Part shown: piece after piece, positions 35,605 to 48,034 of the stretch
How positions within the stretch are numbered: the stretch's first letter is position 1
Layout: the number at the start of each line of letters is the position of its first letter
The notes under the pieces: generated by a model
The model's input: the letters and a program-made list of their open reading frames with translations, nothing else
Told to the model about the DNA's origin: nothing
Databases searched by the model: none
Program-made: the position numbers and the translations under genes
Origin: Leucoraja ocellata
Taxonomy: Eukaryota
DNA length: 64,000 bases
Assembly: GCA_036785375.1 (NCBI GenBank)
Contig: JAWMAR010000090.1
Coordinates: 1,550,001-1,614,000, forward strand
Direction: 5' to 3'

Positions 35605-36625
35605 ATAGTAATTAGTGCGACCATTTTTCCGTGATAAAATTATAGCTGCATCTATTAAAATTAATATTAGCAACAGAAATATTTGATGCAAACCTGTTGC
35701 TTTAAGTTTAAAAAAAAACTCTAAACTGTGCCCTGTTTAGCAGGTTTCAGTGTTATGTTCACATAAAACCCATTGGATCTGAACAGAAGTCTTTCTCATC
35801 ATCCGCCAGTGTTGTAAAGGATGTCCACATGCTTTTACTCAGAAATTTAAGTTTAACTAAGTGACACTAGTTTGCCACTTCTCATTAATCCATTTCACTC
35901 TTTTTTACTTTTTGGAAAATTTGATGATTGCCAGCGTTCATCATTTTCTTTTCAAATCGGAATGTTTTCTCAATTTATCTTGGAAACTTGCTTAGCATAC
36001 ACCCAAAAGATTTTCCTTAATAATACAAAATAACTCTGCAGTTCTTGTAAGGTCTCATGGCAATTTCAGGAAACAGAATATAAAAAAAGTCATAATACAT
36101 ATTTGGTACTTTTTTGTAATATTTATATCTCATAAAGACGAAGTGCATCTTTGTTTCACTATGGCTCTCTAGCGAAGGAAATATGCCCGCCTGTATGTGA
36201 TTCTAGATATGGGACACTGAGCAACCAATCTAATCCGTTCAAGGAAACTAGGGATGGAAAATAAATGCTGAACCCAGTTACGCCTACATCCCATGAATGT
36301 TTTTTTTAATTAAATGCCAAATGTCACAGGCATGTGTGTGAAAATCTATGTGACCTGGATACACTTTTTTTTAAAGCTTGTGTATTTTCTGGAAGACCTA
36401 CTTAATTGTCCAAGGATAACTACTGCCCTGGAAAATTGATTCAGTTACCTTTTTGAACAATTTGTTTTGCTGTAAACCACGTATAATAAAAGTCCATTAG
36501 TATTCAGTCATGTTTTTTTAATTTTAATGATGAGAAGAAGGGTCTCGACCCGAAACGCCACCCATTCTTTCTATCCAGAATTTCTGCCTGTCCCGCTGAG
36601 ATACTACAGCATTTTGCGTCCATAC

Positions 36626-37412
36626 AACATAGAAACATAGAAAATAGGTGCAGGAGGAGGCCATTCAGCCCTTCAAGCTAGCACCGCCATTCATTGTGAT
36701 CATGGCTGATCGTTCCCAATCAATAACCTGTGCCTACCTTCTCCCCATATCCCTTGATTCCACCAGCCCCTAGAGCTCTATCTAACTCTCTCTTAAATCC
36801 ATCCAGTGATTTGGCATCCATTGCCCTCTGTGGCAGGGAATTCCACAAATTCACAACTCTCTGGGTGAAAAAGTTTTTTCTCACCTCAGTCTTAAATGGC
36901 CTCCCCTTTATTCTAAGACTGTGGCCCCTGGTTCTGGGCTCGCCCAACATTGGGAACATTTTTCCTGCATCTAGCTTGTCCAGTTCTTTTATCATTTTAT
37001 ATGTTTTATAAGATCCCCCTCATCCTTCTAAACTCCAGTGAATATAAGCCTAGTCTTTTCAATCTTTCCTCATATGACAGTCCCGCCATCCCAGGGATCA
37101 ATCTCGTGAACCTACGCTGCACTGCCTCAATCACAAGGATGTCCTTCCTCAAATTAGGAGACCAAAGCTGTACACAATTCTCCAGATGTGGTCTTACCAG
37201 AGCTCTTTACAACTGCAGAAGAACCTCTCTACTCCACACTGAAATCCTCTTGTTATGAAGTCCAACATTCCATTAGCTTTCTTCACCGCCTGCTGTTCCT
37301 GCACGCCAACTTTCAGTGACTGGTGTACAAGGACACACAGGTCTCGCTGTACCTCCCCCTTACCTAACCTAACCCCCCGAGATAATAATCTGCCCCCTTG
37401 TTTTTGCCACCA
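36626..37412 (-). mobile_element. CR1 LINE 3' portion
   Basis: (CATAGAAA)n tail in reverse complement; minus ORFs ..RKNFFTQRVVNLWNSLP.. and ..QRDLCVLVHQSLKV.. Confidence 0.92.
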
Positions 37413-37434
37413 AAGGGGGGGGGGGGGGGGGGGG

Positions 37435-37607
37435 TGGGAGCTGTCTAAAATATTCACACGGGCTGGTGAAGGAAGAGATGTATTTGTGTGTGTGTGTGTG
37501 TTCCACCCTGGCAGTCGCCGTTCCAGTTCCCAGTTTTTCAGGCGACTGCTGGCAACTTCACAGTCGCCGAGAGTCCGCTGAAAAATCGCCTAAGTGGGAC
37601 AGGCCCA
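37435..37607. mobile_element. Harbinger-like MITE right-end fragment
   Basis: Ends AAAATCGCCTAAGTGGGACAGGCCCA|TTA, the same terminus type as 10939 and 63510. Confidence 0.65.
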
Positions 37608-38225
37608 TTACATTCTCCAGTGTCTTAGTGTATCACCTTCAAGATAGGAGACAAGTCCAACTGTTGGTGCATCTTAGGGAAAGTCAGTGTTCTCTGTCAC
37701 CTCAGTAGCTGAAGAGCTGCTCTGTGAATCACAGTGTGGTTTGTGTCTATCCAGAAAATATAATTAAGTTTTCATTACAGTGAAGATACATCCAAGAAAA
37801 ATGCAGAAAAAAGCACTAGCCACTATAGTTGTCCTTTTTTAACCTCACTAAAGTCTTTGAATCCGTTAATCAGGAAAGGCTGTAAAATCCTTCTCAATTT
37901 TTGCTGCCCACAAAATTGATCTCAGCTTTACATCTGTTTTTTGGTGGTGCGTATGCCACAATTTTAACCAGTGGGTCTCCAGACGGACACATTTCATGGA
38001 CAGGCAAGGCAACTGCATTGCCCAACACTTCATTCTTTGTTACCACACCTTGCCTCCAAAGGTAGAGCTAATCTTCAGTGCCACTGGGGTAATATTCAAT
38101 GTGGAGTGACCACACTCTAAACAATTGGGGCCCAACCTGTTTCTGATTTCCAACATGCACATTTCCTTGATTTTCATTCACCTGAAACTCAGTTGCAGTA
38201 CATGTATGCTCAGAAGTCGAGCTAC

Positions 38226-38547
38226 GGGCAGCACGGTGGCACAGCGGTAGAGTTGTTGCCTTGCAGCGAACGTGGCGCCGGAGACCCAGGTTCGATCCCG
38301 ACTACGGGCGCTGTCTGTACTAAGTTGTACATTCTCCCCGTGACCTGCGTGGGTTTTCTCAGAGATCTTCGGTTTCCTCCCACACTCCAAAGACATTCAG
38401 GTTTGTATGTTAAATGGCTTGGTAAATGTTAAAAAAAAAATTGTCCCTAGTGGGTGTAGGATGGTGTTAATGTGCGAGGATCGCTGGTCAGGGCGGACCC
38501 GGTGGGCCGAAGGGCCTGTTTCCACGCTGTATCACTAAAACTAAAAA
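38226..38547 (+). mobile_element. HE1-type V-SINE, full length
   Basis: GGGCAGCACGGTGGCACAGCGG A box, GGTTCGATCCC B box, V-domain and CR1 tail. Confidence 0.92.
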
Positions 38548-38549
38548 CT

Positions 38550-38930
38550 ACAGGTCATTATTGATTTGTTCACTGAAGCATTCAGGAGCATGAACCTTGT
38601 ACTCAACGTCCATAAGATGAAGATCCTCTACCAACCTGCTGATAATGCACCAAAGTAACAATAAAGGCTCACAGCAGGACACTGGAAAATATGCTCAAGA
38701 TTCGAGCATCTGCATTTTCTTGCCACCACTCAGCAAGGACACATAACGCTATGAAATTCATCAGTGCTTTTGAGACACCAATGTGGCCTTTGGTTGTTGG
38801 GGAAAATGACATTTGAGGATTAAGACTTAAGATCTGGCACAAAACTCACAATGAAGCTGATGACAGTGCCCTCCTATTTGTTGCTGAGACCTGAACTATT
38901 TAGAGCAGGCACCTTATGGCACTGGGAATG
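38550..38930 (+). mobile_element. RTE-clade LINE remnant
   Basis: Degenerate F.EAF...L.LNV.K.KILYQP peptide typical of the post-RT region of RTE elements. Confidence 0.55.
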
Positions 38931-39781
38931 GGAGTCGGGAAATTCCTCCAAATTCACCAACATATTCAGTACCATGGCGCTAGTTAGACTTAGTTGGCTA
39001 CGATTAAAAGGGATTTGGTGATGTGCCCAAAGTCTCCTTGGAATAAATATCTTTGATTCTGGGAATGCCTGCCCCATAATTTTTGAAGTGCAGAAACATG
39101 ATTCAGAATGGTATTCTGTACCTCAAAGAGCACACAGAAGTCTGCAACAGCAGCGGAAGGAATATACCAAACAAACTAACCCCGCTCCCACCCCAGGCAC
39201 TTTCTGTTATATCTTTGAGAGTTTCAGCAGTTCTCATATTGCCTCAAGAAACCACCCCAGAACCCACAAAACTGGAGTGGATGCAAGTCAACCTCAATGC
39301 TAATGAACTGTCTAAGTAGGAGAAAGCAGTCATTTAACTTCAAAATGTATTCAAAAGTAAAATACTGTGGAAGTTAGAAATCAGATGTAACATTTGAAAA
39401 ATGGTCTCCTGTCTAAATGTTGTTATTTTAATCCCCATTTGCTATCTGGCCTGCTGTTATTCAAAAATAATTTGATCTTTACAGTTTGGTAGGCAATTTG
39501 GCCGACAATCTCCATAAATTATACAATAATTTACTTACTATAGGTTATTTGAATGAAGTGATACCAGAAATGTGTTAACCGCAATGTCTACTGTTGTCTA
39601 CTGATTTTCTTTATTTTCTTGTGTTAATCATCTTGGAAAAATACTTCGTATTTAAGTTTTAACAGTAACTGAAAACTATTTGGGGCATTTCAGCAAGCAT
39701 ACATTTTACTGAAGCTGGAGTTTTGATTACACAAAAAGGGTTGACCATGGTCTTCAGAACTATCAAACCATGACTGTAACT

Positions 39782-40037
39782 GGGGTGGCACAGTGGCGCA
39801 GTGGTAGAGTTCCTGCCATACAGCACTAGAGACCCGGGTTCGATCCTGACCACGGGTGCTGTCTGTACGGAGTTTATACATTCTCTCCAGTTTCCGCCTA
39901 TGTAGAAAAAAGACATGTATTGACTTCTGTAAATTGTCCCGATTGTGTAGGATAGAACTAGTACATGGGTGATCATTGGTCGACGCAGATTCGGTGGGCC
40001 GAAAGGCCTGTTTCTGAGTTGTATCTCTAAACTAAAC
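39782..40037 (+). mobile_element. HE1-type V-SINE
   Basis: Head, shortened V-domain and CR1 tail. Confidence 0.85.
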
Positions 40038-41631
40038 CAATAACTTAAAAAAATACCGACTCCTTTATCAAACTATCTGGAATAGTTTAAGCCTATTTAT
40101 TTGCAAAGAAGAAAAAATCCATTGACTCTTTGCAACAATTGAGAGTTCAGCTGATATTCAAATGTTGATTCTCTGCCTAAATGGACAATAGGTGCCAGTA
40201 GTAAAACGTATTCTCTCATCTCAAATGGGCCCAGATTTTGAATGAGCAACTCCAGTACAACATTGACCACAGAACGCTCCACGTTGAGTAGCTATAGTTT
40301 AGTCTCAACAAGTTTTAAAGAAGTATTGTTCTCAGTTTATGTTTGTAGGCGCTGTTCCAAAAATAGACAAATTACTAACAGATGCACCATTAATGGCAAT
40401 GATTTGTGATAGGATAGAAGTAGACAGTATGTCTACACTGGCAGATTATTTGCTTCAGTGGATTTTGTGTCTTTTCATCTGTATAACGTACGATTCTAAA
40501 GATACGGAAGCACAATGTTTGGACAAATACCAAGATAATTATGTAGACTTTTTAATTCAGTTTTGCAACCCAGGAGAGGTAACAACCGCGGAATAATACT
40601 TCCTTACTCTGCTCTGCTGTCACAGACCTCCCAGGTCCAGGAGCAAGAACATATCAGCAAGTTTCCTGCTCGCCCTTATGGTCAGAGATTGCCAAGGTCG
40701 CAGAAATTCTGATCTAAGGAAAATATATAGGATTTCCTGTAATTGATACTTCCACAGGCTTTATGAAGCATCTGGGAACCAAGTAACTGCCATGAAGAGG
40801 TTTGACAGAAATAACAATGTTCATTTTCTCAGTTTATTGAATAGCCATTTAATAATTGTGTGATGGAGATTAAGCTTTGGAATCTTTGTAAAGCTTTTTA
40901 TTCAGACCTAATGTTGTATTAGATATTATGTCTGTGGTGCTTATTATAATTTTAAAGGTTCCTGGCAAATTTGTATCCGCCTTTCTAAGTGAAGTATATA
41001 ATATGATCTGAGGGAACTTATCCATTAATAGTAAAAGATAAAGAAATTGTTTTTAAAAGAATTGCTTCATTGAAAATAATATTGTATGTATGCAATGCAC
41101 CTTGAATTACTGAAATAGGCAAATTGGCTTTGATCTTATTGACTGGCAGAGTAAGCTCAAGTGGTTGAAAAGCCTTGTGCTCCTTATTCATATGTTAGAG
41201 AAATGCCAGAGGGTTAGAAATTTGATAACATTGCACTCAATATTACACCAAAAAATGAAAAAGGAGAAACTATGCATTTTATCAATGTAACTTCAACACT
41301 ATGGATGTTATGATAAACCATTATTAAAACAAACTTTCTTTGTTCTTTCTATTCTTGATTATTGAATGACTTTCCAAGTAAAGACATGAATTAGAATATT
41401 TTAAAGTCTAACAAAGTAATTTGAAAATATGTGTCTTTTTACAATACTGGAGAGTTTTTGATGAACTAGATTAGTATTCACTTTTTTTACACCAATACAC
41501 TGTTCTTAACAAAAATCTACCCATCATGTGAAACCTTATAAATAGCAGATATAAATTAGATAACTTCAAGACCGAAAAGTCAAAAATATTTTTTCATAAC
41601 AGACAAATTTTCATTGTTTTCCTGCCATTTT

Positions 41632-43166
41632 GGACACAAAGTGTGACATTAAAAACTCTGCCACATTTAGTCATGAATATTTAATTCATAAATAAACTCC
41701 ATATGGCCCCTCATACATATACGTTTTGATAATGATCTAGGGAAATACCTTCATAAATACCAGGAGAAAAATACAGTAACATAAAGGTAAAGGTACAGTA
41801 AAGATCCCGTAACGGTCATTGTGCTTGGTGTCCATAGTCACAGCCACCGTTATTGCGGTCGGTGTGTCCATAAGTTAAACCACGGGGGCTTCAAACTTCT
41901 AATGCTTTTCAAAAACCCACATCCTATGGTAGTAGCGATCTTTGGGTGAGTTAATTATTTTTTCTTATTTTCCAATTTAATATTTCAAAAAAATCATGGT
42001 GTCAAAAATGCAACGACCGTTTATGGTATATTTTCTGACTTCTTAAAATCAATTAAAATTGGTCATCAAAACTAAGAAACTTAGCCAGCCTTCAACTTGA
42101 CAACACACTGTCCCTTGTTTACCTGTTGTACGGACCAAGTCGCTAACTTCTTTCCTTCGTGTCAACTTCGGGAAGCTCCGTAACTTTATTCTATAGGTCT
42201 TTCTTCTTTGGAGCGCAGAAGGTTAAGGGAGGACTTGATAGAGGTCTTTAAAATGATGAGAGGGATTGACAGAGTTGACGTGGATAAGCTTTTCCCATTG
42301 AGAGTAGGGAAGATTCAAACAAGAGGACATGACTTCAGAATTAAGGGACAGAAGTTTAGGTGTAACATGAGGGGGAACTTCTTTACTCAGAGAGTGGTAG
42401 CTGTGTGGAATGAGCTTCCAGTGGAAGTGATGGAAGCAGGTTCGATTTTATAATTTAAAAATAAATTGGATAGGTATATGGACAGGAAAGGAATGGAAGG
42501 TTATGGTCCGAGTGTAGGTAGATGGGACTAGGGGAAAATAAGTGTTTGGCACGGACTTGAAGGGCCGAGATGGCCTGTTTCCATGCTGTAATTGTTATAT
42601 GGTTATATGGTAACGACCGTTACGGAGACATTTTACTTACCAAAAGAATCAGCCCAAATCAAACAATCTGACGAATCATTGGCCATCGATAGCTCAAATC
42701 CATCAGGTAATGTACCGTTTAGATCACAGTGGTGAAAATGCTTAGTGCTCACTAATAATCTAACGTTCGTTTTCTGGGAGACAAACCTTTTAGTGTCAAA
42801 GAAGGTTTGTGTAACGCGTGTTGCGGTGTCTACTCAGATGGATGCAGTATTCTACTAAATGATCAGGTGAATGATGTGGAAACGGTGTTTGCAATTTTAT
42901 TGTTCCATGTGGTATTCATAAACACAGAAAGGAATAAGAAATACGTGCACTTACTGTGCCAACCAGGTCACTGATGGACACCACACAACAACCGTTGCAC
43001 AACATGTATTTGTGTATTCTGATGCCATTTTCAAAAACTTGCCAACAATATGCTATCTTTTCTTATATTTGTTGTTGATACTATGTTAGTGATGAACCCA
43101 ATAAAGTGCTTGTCAACTTTTTTGAAGGAATTTTAATATTGACCCCATTTGTCACATTCTGTGTGC
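41632..43166. mobile_element. Unclassified DNA-transposon-like element with palindromic internal motifs
   Basis: Imperfect inverted repeat GGACACAAAGTGTGACA vs reverse complement GCACACAGAATGTGACA; recurrent AACGACCGTT/CCGTAACG motifs; no clear TSD. Confidence 0.45.
42190..42610 (+). mobile_element. CR1 3' fragment
   Basis: LERRRLREDLIEVFK..NFFTQRVVAVWNELP and a (GTTATATG)n tail. Confidence 0.9.
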
Positions 43167-43501
43167 AATATTGTAAAAAGACACATATAGTCATTCTTGC
43201 AATGGAGTGGCAGGGACCTTTAAACTAGCAGGTCGCCTTAATATAACAGTGAGATAAAAAGTAAATATTGGTTGGGTCATCAAAATTGTATATATCTTAA
43301 AAACATAGAAACATAGAAAATGTGTGCAGGAGTAGGCCATTCGGCCCTTTGAGCCAGCACCACCATTCAATATGATTGTGGCTGATCATCCAGAATCAGT
43401 ATTTAAGAGGGAACTGCAGATGCTGGAGAATCGAAGGTTACACAAAAAAGCTGGAGAAACTCAGCGGGTGCAGCAGCATCTATGGAGCGAAGGAAATAGG
43501 C

Positions 43502-43529
43502 AACGTTTCGGGCCGAAACCCTTCTTCAG
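43502..43529 (-). ncRNA. Minimal hammerhead-like core, second subfamily
   Basis: Minus strand reads CTGAAGA-A-GGGT-TTCG-GCCC-GAAA-CG-TT; stem II is kept with a different sequence and a UUCG loop. Confidence 0.6.
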
Positions 43530-44009
43530 ACTGAAAAATGGTGAACACTGCCCAGTCCAACAGAGGTAGTGAAATCCCCATCTTTGAAGAGATCTACAGG
43601 AGTCACTGCCTCAAAAGGGCAGCCGGCATCATCACAGGCCCACACTTCCCTGGCCATGCTCTTATTCCACTCCTGTAATCAGAAAGAAGGTATAGGAACC
43701 TACCAGGTTCCTTACTCACAATTGTCATGTGGTGGTTTGTATCAAGTTTCATTCAGATTGATGTTATATTTCACAAGTTATTCACATTTTTAAATTTACA
43801 AAACCCCAATTTGAGAAAAAATGTCTTCCCTCTGCACTGGCATTTACAGCTATGATGTCACAATGGGATTGTAGCCCTGCTCGCTACAATGTTGCTATCC
43901 CAGGACACTGAGTCCTGCCAGCCCCAGCAAGTGCAATTGCAAGCTACAATTTTTGGCTACAAAAGCTACAATCCCTTTTTTATATTCCTGGCAGCAAGGA
44001 TTTAAAAAA

Positions 44010-44255
44010 AAGATTATTGAGGGAGGGTGGATAATGGGAAATGAGCCGCCCCTGCGCAGTTGGGGGCTATGGAATATTGGTGAGTGCTGGAATATTGCGT
44101 TCGGGGAACAGCTTGCATTGGGGGAACGGGTGGAATATTGCGTTGGGAAATGAGTTGCGTTGGGGGACCAGGCCTTCTGTGAGGGCTATGGGTGAGTGTG
44201 GAATATTGCGTTGGGGAACCAGGCCTCTCGTGTAACAGGGTCCCACTTGGTCTAG
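44010..44255 (+). mobile_element. Helitron 3' fragment with GGAATATTGCGTTGGGG repeats
   Basis: Ends GGGTCCCACTTGGTCTAG|T at 44252-56; reverse-complement similarity to 17469-17600. Confidence 0.78.
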
Positions 44256-44997
44256 TATATGCTAAACATTTTCTTGTTGTTTATTGTGGTGTTTACAAAG
44301 TGCTATCTTTATCTGTTGTGCTGCTGCATGTAAGAATTTCATTGTTCCGTTTTGGGACATCATGACCATAAAATACTCTTGACTCCTAACATTGAACCCA
44401 AACATTCTGATTCCGTCGTAAATGTGCCAACAGAGTCACAACTGATTCAATTAACAATTGAAGAGAGCTAGTGTGATTTGTTAAAGGCAACAAATGTTTT
44501 GACTAGTTCATTTGAATGCTTGATAAATTAACAAAGAAAATTTGCATTTATGTTTATAGGTTAATTGGCTTTTGTAAATTGCCCCCGGTGTGTAAAGAGT
44601 GATGTGAAATTGGGATAACATAGAACTAGTGATGGTCGGCATGGACAGTGGGCCGAAATGCCTGTTTCCATGCTGTACCTTAAAACTAAACATTAATGGC
44701 GGTGTAGACAAAAATGCTGGAGAAACTCAGCGGGTGAGGCAGCATCTATGGAGTGAAGGAAATAGGTAATGTTTCGGTCCGAAACCCTAGGGTGTTTATA
44801 CATGGTTAAAAATTCTCCAGCAAAGTCATTAAGCTGTATTGCTGTGCAAAGGGAATGTTAGTCGATTTTGTGTGAGATTCCCAAGCAGCAAAATTCTGCA
44901 GCAAATGTGGGAAAGAGATGGTAAAGAGGCTTGGCGCCAATGTTGTCAGAGGGCTGGATGAGAGGGATGCGTGAATGGACTTTGGAGGATGGTGTTA

Positions 44998-46668
44998 CAG
45001 GTGCACAACCTTTTTATCCGAAAGCCTTGGGACCAGACACTTTTCGTAATTCAGAATTTTTCGGCTTTCGGAATGGAAGATTTTTAGCGTAGTGGTAGAG
45101 TGCTCGGCTCAAGTCCGCAAGGTCGCGAGTTTGCGCCTCGATCCCGGCAGTTACTCAATCGCGAGTTTGAGTCTTCAATTTAGTTTTTTCTTGCAGAATA
45201 GGAGAGAATAGGGAGGGTTCGGCTGGGATCATTCTCTGCGAGATGATCTTAGTGCGGGAGACAAGTGTAGGAGAGGTGTACTGACTGTGTGGGCAGAACT
45301 TTGGAAGTGATTGCCCACCATTCTCAAAAGCCTCTGTGTCTTCCTGTCCCTCCAACTCCAGAGGAAGCCGCTCCCCAATGGGCTGCTACGGCGACAAGTG
45401 GCAGTTCGCCCACAGCCCGAGCTGCGGCCCCTCATCCGCAACCCGGGTTCCTCTGGAGTTGGAGCGAGCTTGGGCTAGAGTTGTTGCTGGCTGTGAGTCT
45501 CTAGGATCTCCGTGCTTGCAGTGGACCTGGGGGTCGGTGTCCTGATGAGGGGGCGCAGCTCGGGCTGTGGGCGAACTGCCACTTGTCGCTGTAGCGGCCC
45601 ATCGGGGAGCGGCTTCTGGTGGTCCTGACGTCTCTCAGCTCCTGTCCAGGGGGGTGGCCGGAGACGTCGGGACCAACAGGAACCCGCTCCCCGATGCGCC
45701 GCTACAGCGACAAGTGGCAGTTCGCCCACAGCCTGAGCTGCGCCCCCTCATCCGCAACCCGGGTTCCTCTGGAGTTGGAGCGGGGCTGGGCTAGAGTTGC
45801 TGCTGGCTGTGAGTCTCTGGGATCTCCGTGCTTGCAGTCGGTGTCCCGTTGGTCCTGACGTCTCCGGTCACCTCCCTGGAATGGAGCTGAGACTGGGAAC
45901 TGTACCGCCCTTGCCCCCTCCCTCTGCAACTGCAAACAACCCCACAGTTCCCAGTCTCAGCTCCTGTACAGGGGGGTGGCCGGAGACGTCACAGCCCGAG
46001 CTGCGCCCCCTCATCCGCAACCCCAAGACCAAGACGTACTTTGCACACCATCACCTTCTGTCCCTACGGGGAGCGTGTTCCTCTGTACTTGGAGCGGGGC
46101 TGGGTTGCTGCTGGCTGTGGGTCTCTGGGATCTCCGTGCTTGCAGTGGGCCTGGGGGCCGGTGTCCCGTTGGTCCTGACGTCTCCGGTGACTGGCACTGG
46201 CTCCGACGTGAAGACAGTGCAAAGCCCCCGCGCCGGTGCAATGGGCGGGGAGCTGGAGAGGGGAGGGAAGCGATCACACACATGGCCGGGAAGCAGAGGG
46301 GTGTAGGTGGGGTGAAACTGAAGGGAGCGACAATCTGCTGCTACCTGCCCGCTGAATTAAAAAAAGTTCCCACGCAAGACTCACGATACACTGTGTATCG
46401 TGTCTACCGTGGGAACTTTTTTAACTCAACGGGCAGGCAGCAGCAGATTGTCAATTATTAACCCTCCCGTGCAATATACCCTCACCTTCTCTTTTATGAA
46501 TGGGGATTTAGTTCCCCTTTCTTCGAGGACCGACCGGAGGTTCCGCTGTCACCTCTGCGGGCCGCCCTCGGTGAACGTTTTCAAGGACCTTTTTTCAAGG
46601 ACCGAAAAAATGTCCGCTATTCGGAGGTTTTCGTTATTTGGAACTTCGGATAAAAGGTTGTGCACCTG
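44998..46668. mobile_element. Tc1/mariner (pogo/Tigger-like) non-autonomous element, long form (1671 bp)
   Basis: Same TIR as 4141-4660, TA TSD at 44996-97 and 46669-70, internal direct and inverted GC-rich repeat units, no transposase ORF. Confidence 0.92.
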
Positions 46669-46811
46669 TATTCATGAAATTATATATGCTTTCTTTCAAT
46701 GGCATTTTATGAAAATATCTATGTCAGTCCCCATTCCTCACATGGTTGTATCTGTCTCTATCACTATCTCTGGTGGTTTATTCAGTGCAAGCAGCACTTT
46801 CTATATTTAAA

Positions 46812-47470
46812 AAAAAGTCTGTCAGGTCTCCTTTAAATGTCTTCCCTTTCACGTGAAAACTATGCCCTTCAGTTTGAGACCCATGGAGAAAGACTCTGAC
46901 TGTTATAATCTATGCCCCTTATAATTTTATAAACAGCTGCTGGGTCTCCCCTCAGCCTCCTACATTCCATTGAGAATGAATCTTATCCAGTCCCTCTTTA
47001 ACTAAAGGTTACACAAAAAAGCTGGAGAAACTCAGCGGGTGCAGCAGCATCTATGGAGCGAAGGAAATAACGTTCATGTGGTGAGAGATTGGAGTGAGAC
47101 GGGAGTGGAGAAGTTGAGGCGGTAGATGTCGCGACGGCAGTTATTGATAAAAAGTTCTAAAGCCGGAAATTGGCCACGAGGGGGGTTCCACGAGGAGGGG
47201 GTTTAACTAAAGCCCTCCATTCTGGTCAACGTCCTGGTGAATCTCTTCTGCAATCTTTCTAATGCTACCCCATCCTCCCTGTGGTAATCAAAACTATACA
47301 CAATACTCCAAGCATGGCCTACCTAACGTTGTATGCAGCTGCAATGTGATAACCCGACTTATATTCGGTGCCTCAGCCTATGCAGGCAAGCATGGCGAAT
47401 GCCTTCTTCACTATCTTATCCACCTGTGTCACAATTTCCAGGGAGTAATGAACGTAATGAACTAAGATCA
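46812..47470 (-). mobile_element. Old CR1 fragment
   Basis: Degenerate reverse-complement ORF2 C-terminus; interrupted at 47008-47201. Confidence 0.7.
47008..47201 (-). mobile_element. Internally deleted Penelope-like insert (pre-RT ORF piece plus terminal repeat)
   Basis: 11-bp TSD TTTAACTAAAG at 46997-47007 and 47202-12. Minus strand encodes PSSWNPPRGQFPALELFINNCRRDIYRLNFS, joined to the terminal repeat. Confidence 0.8.
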
Positions 47471-48034
47471 CTCTGTACATCAATACTCCTGAGGTTCGCA
47501 CTGCTTCCATCAATTTTCTTAGGTACCTCCTTTCATTTAAATGTAGCCTTTTTGTTTAAAATTGCATACATTTTAGACAAAAACTGAAATCTCTAGAAGC
47601 ACTCAACAGTCAGAAATAGCTTCAGTAGATTGAAGTAGAACTAATGTTGCAGGCTTATTATTCTTTATCAGAAACAAAAAAAACATCAAGAACAGTGTGG
47701 GGGAAGGGGTGCATCACGACATTTATACGTAAAGAACAAAATCAAGTTGTCAAATTTTCAGTAGCCAGCAAGAGACTGACATGATAGTAAAGTGACAAAT
47801 GGAGGCATACTGAGGGAAATCAGAAAAATCAAAGTTATCCAATGACCCAGTGGAATCACCAGGAATTGTTCGGTGGTCTCCAGAGCCTTTGGACTAATAA
47901 CATTATTTGATGTAGTCTTGTTTTACAAGGTAAACATCATAACAAATGGAACATTGTGGGTAACTCGACACTTTATGGGAGGAAACGTCCGAGAACAAAT
48001 GCAAAAAGTAAATATTCAGCAATAATCCTGACTG

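Noticed and set aside
38226-38305. tRNA-like sequences at SINE heads
   Set aside because: They continue into the V-domain and CR1 tail, so they are SINEs and not tRNA genes.
40339-40596. 85-aa ORF with a possible donor GAG|GTAACA as another alternative exon
   Set aside because: The donor is phase 0 in that frame, incompatible with the phase-1 RPEL exon; no family similarity recognised.
45155-46810. Many ORFs with repeated peptides; repeat array superficially CRISPR-like
   Set aside because: Internal repeats of a non-autonomous transposon; no unique spacers, no cas genes, eukaryotic context.
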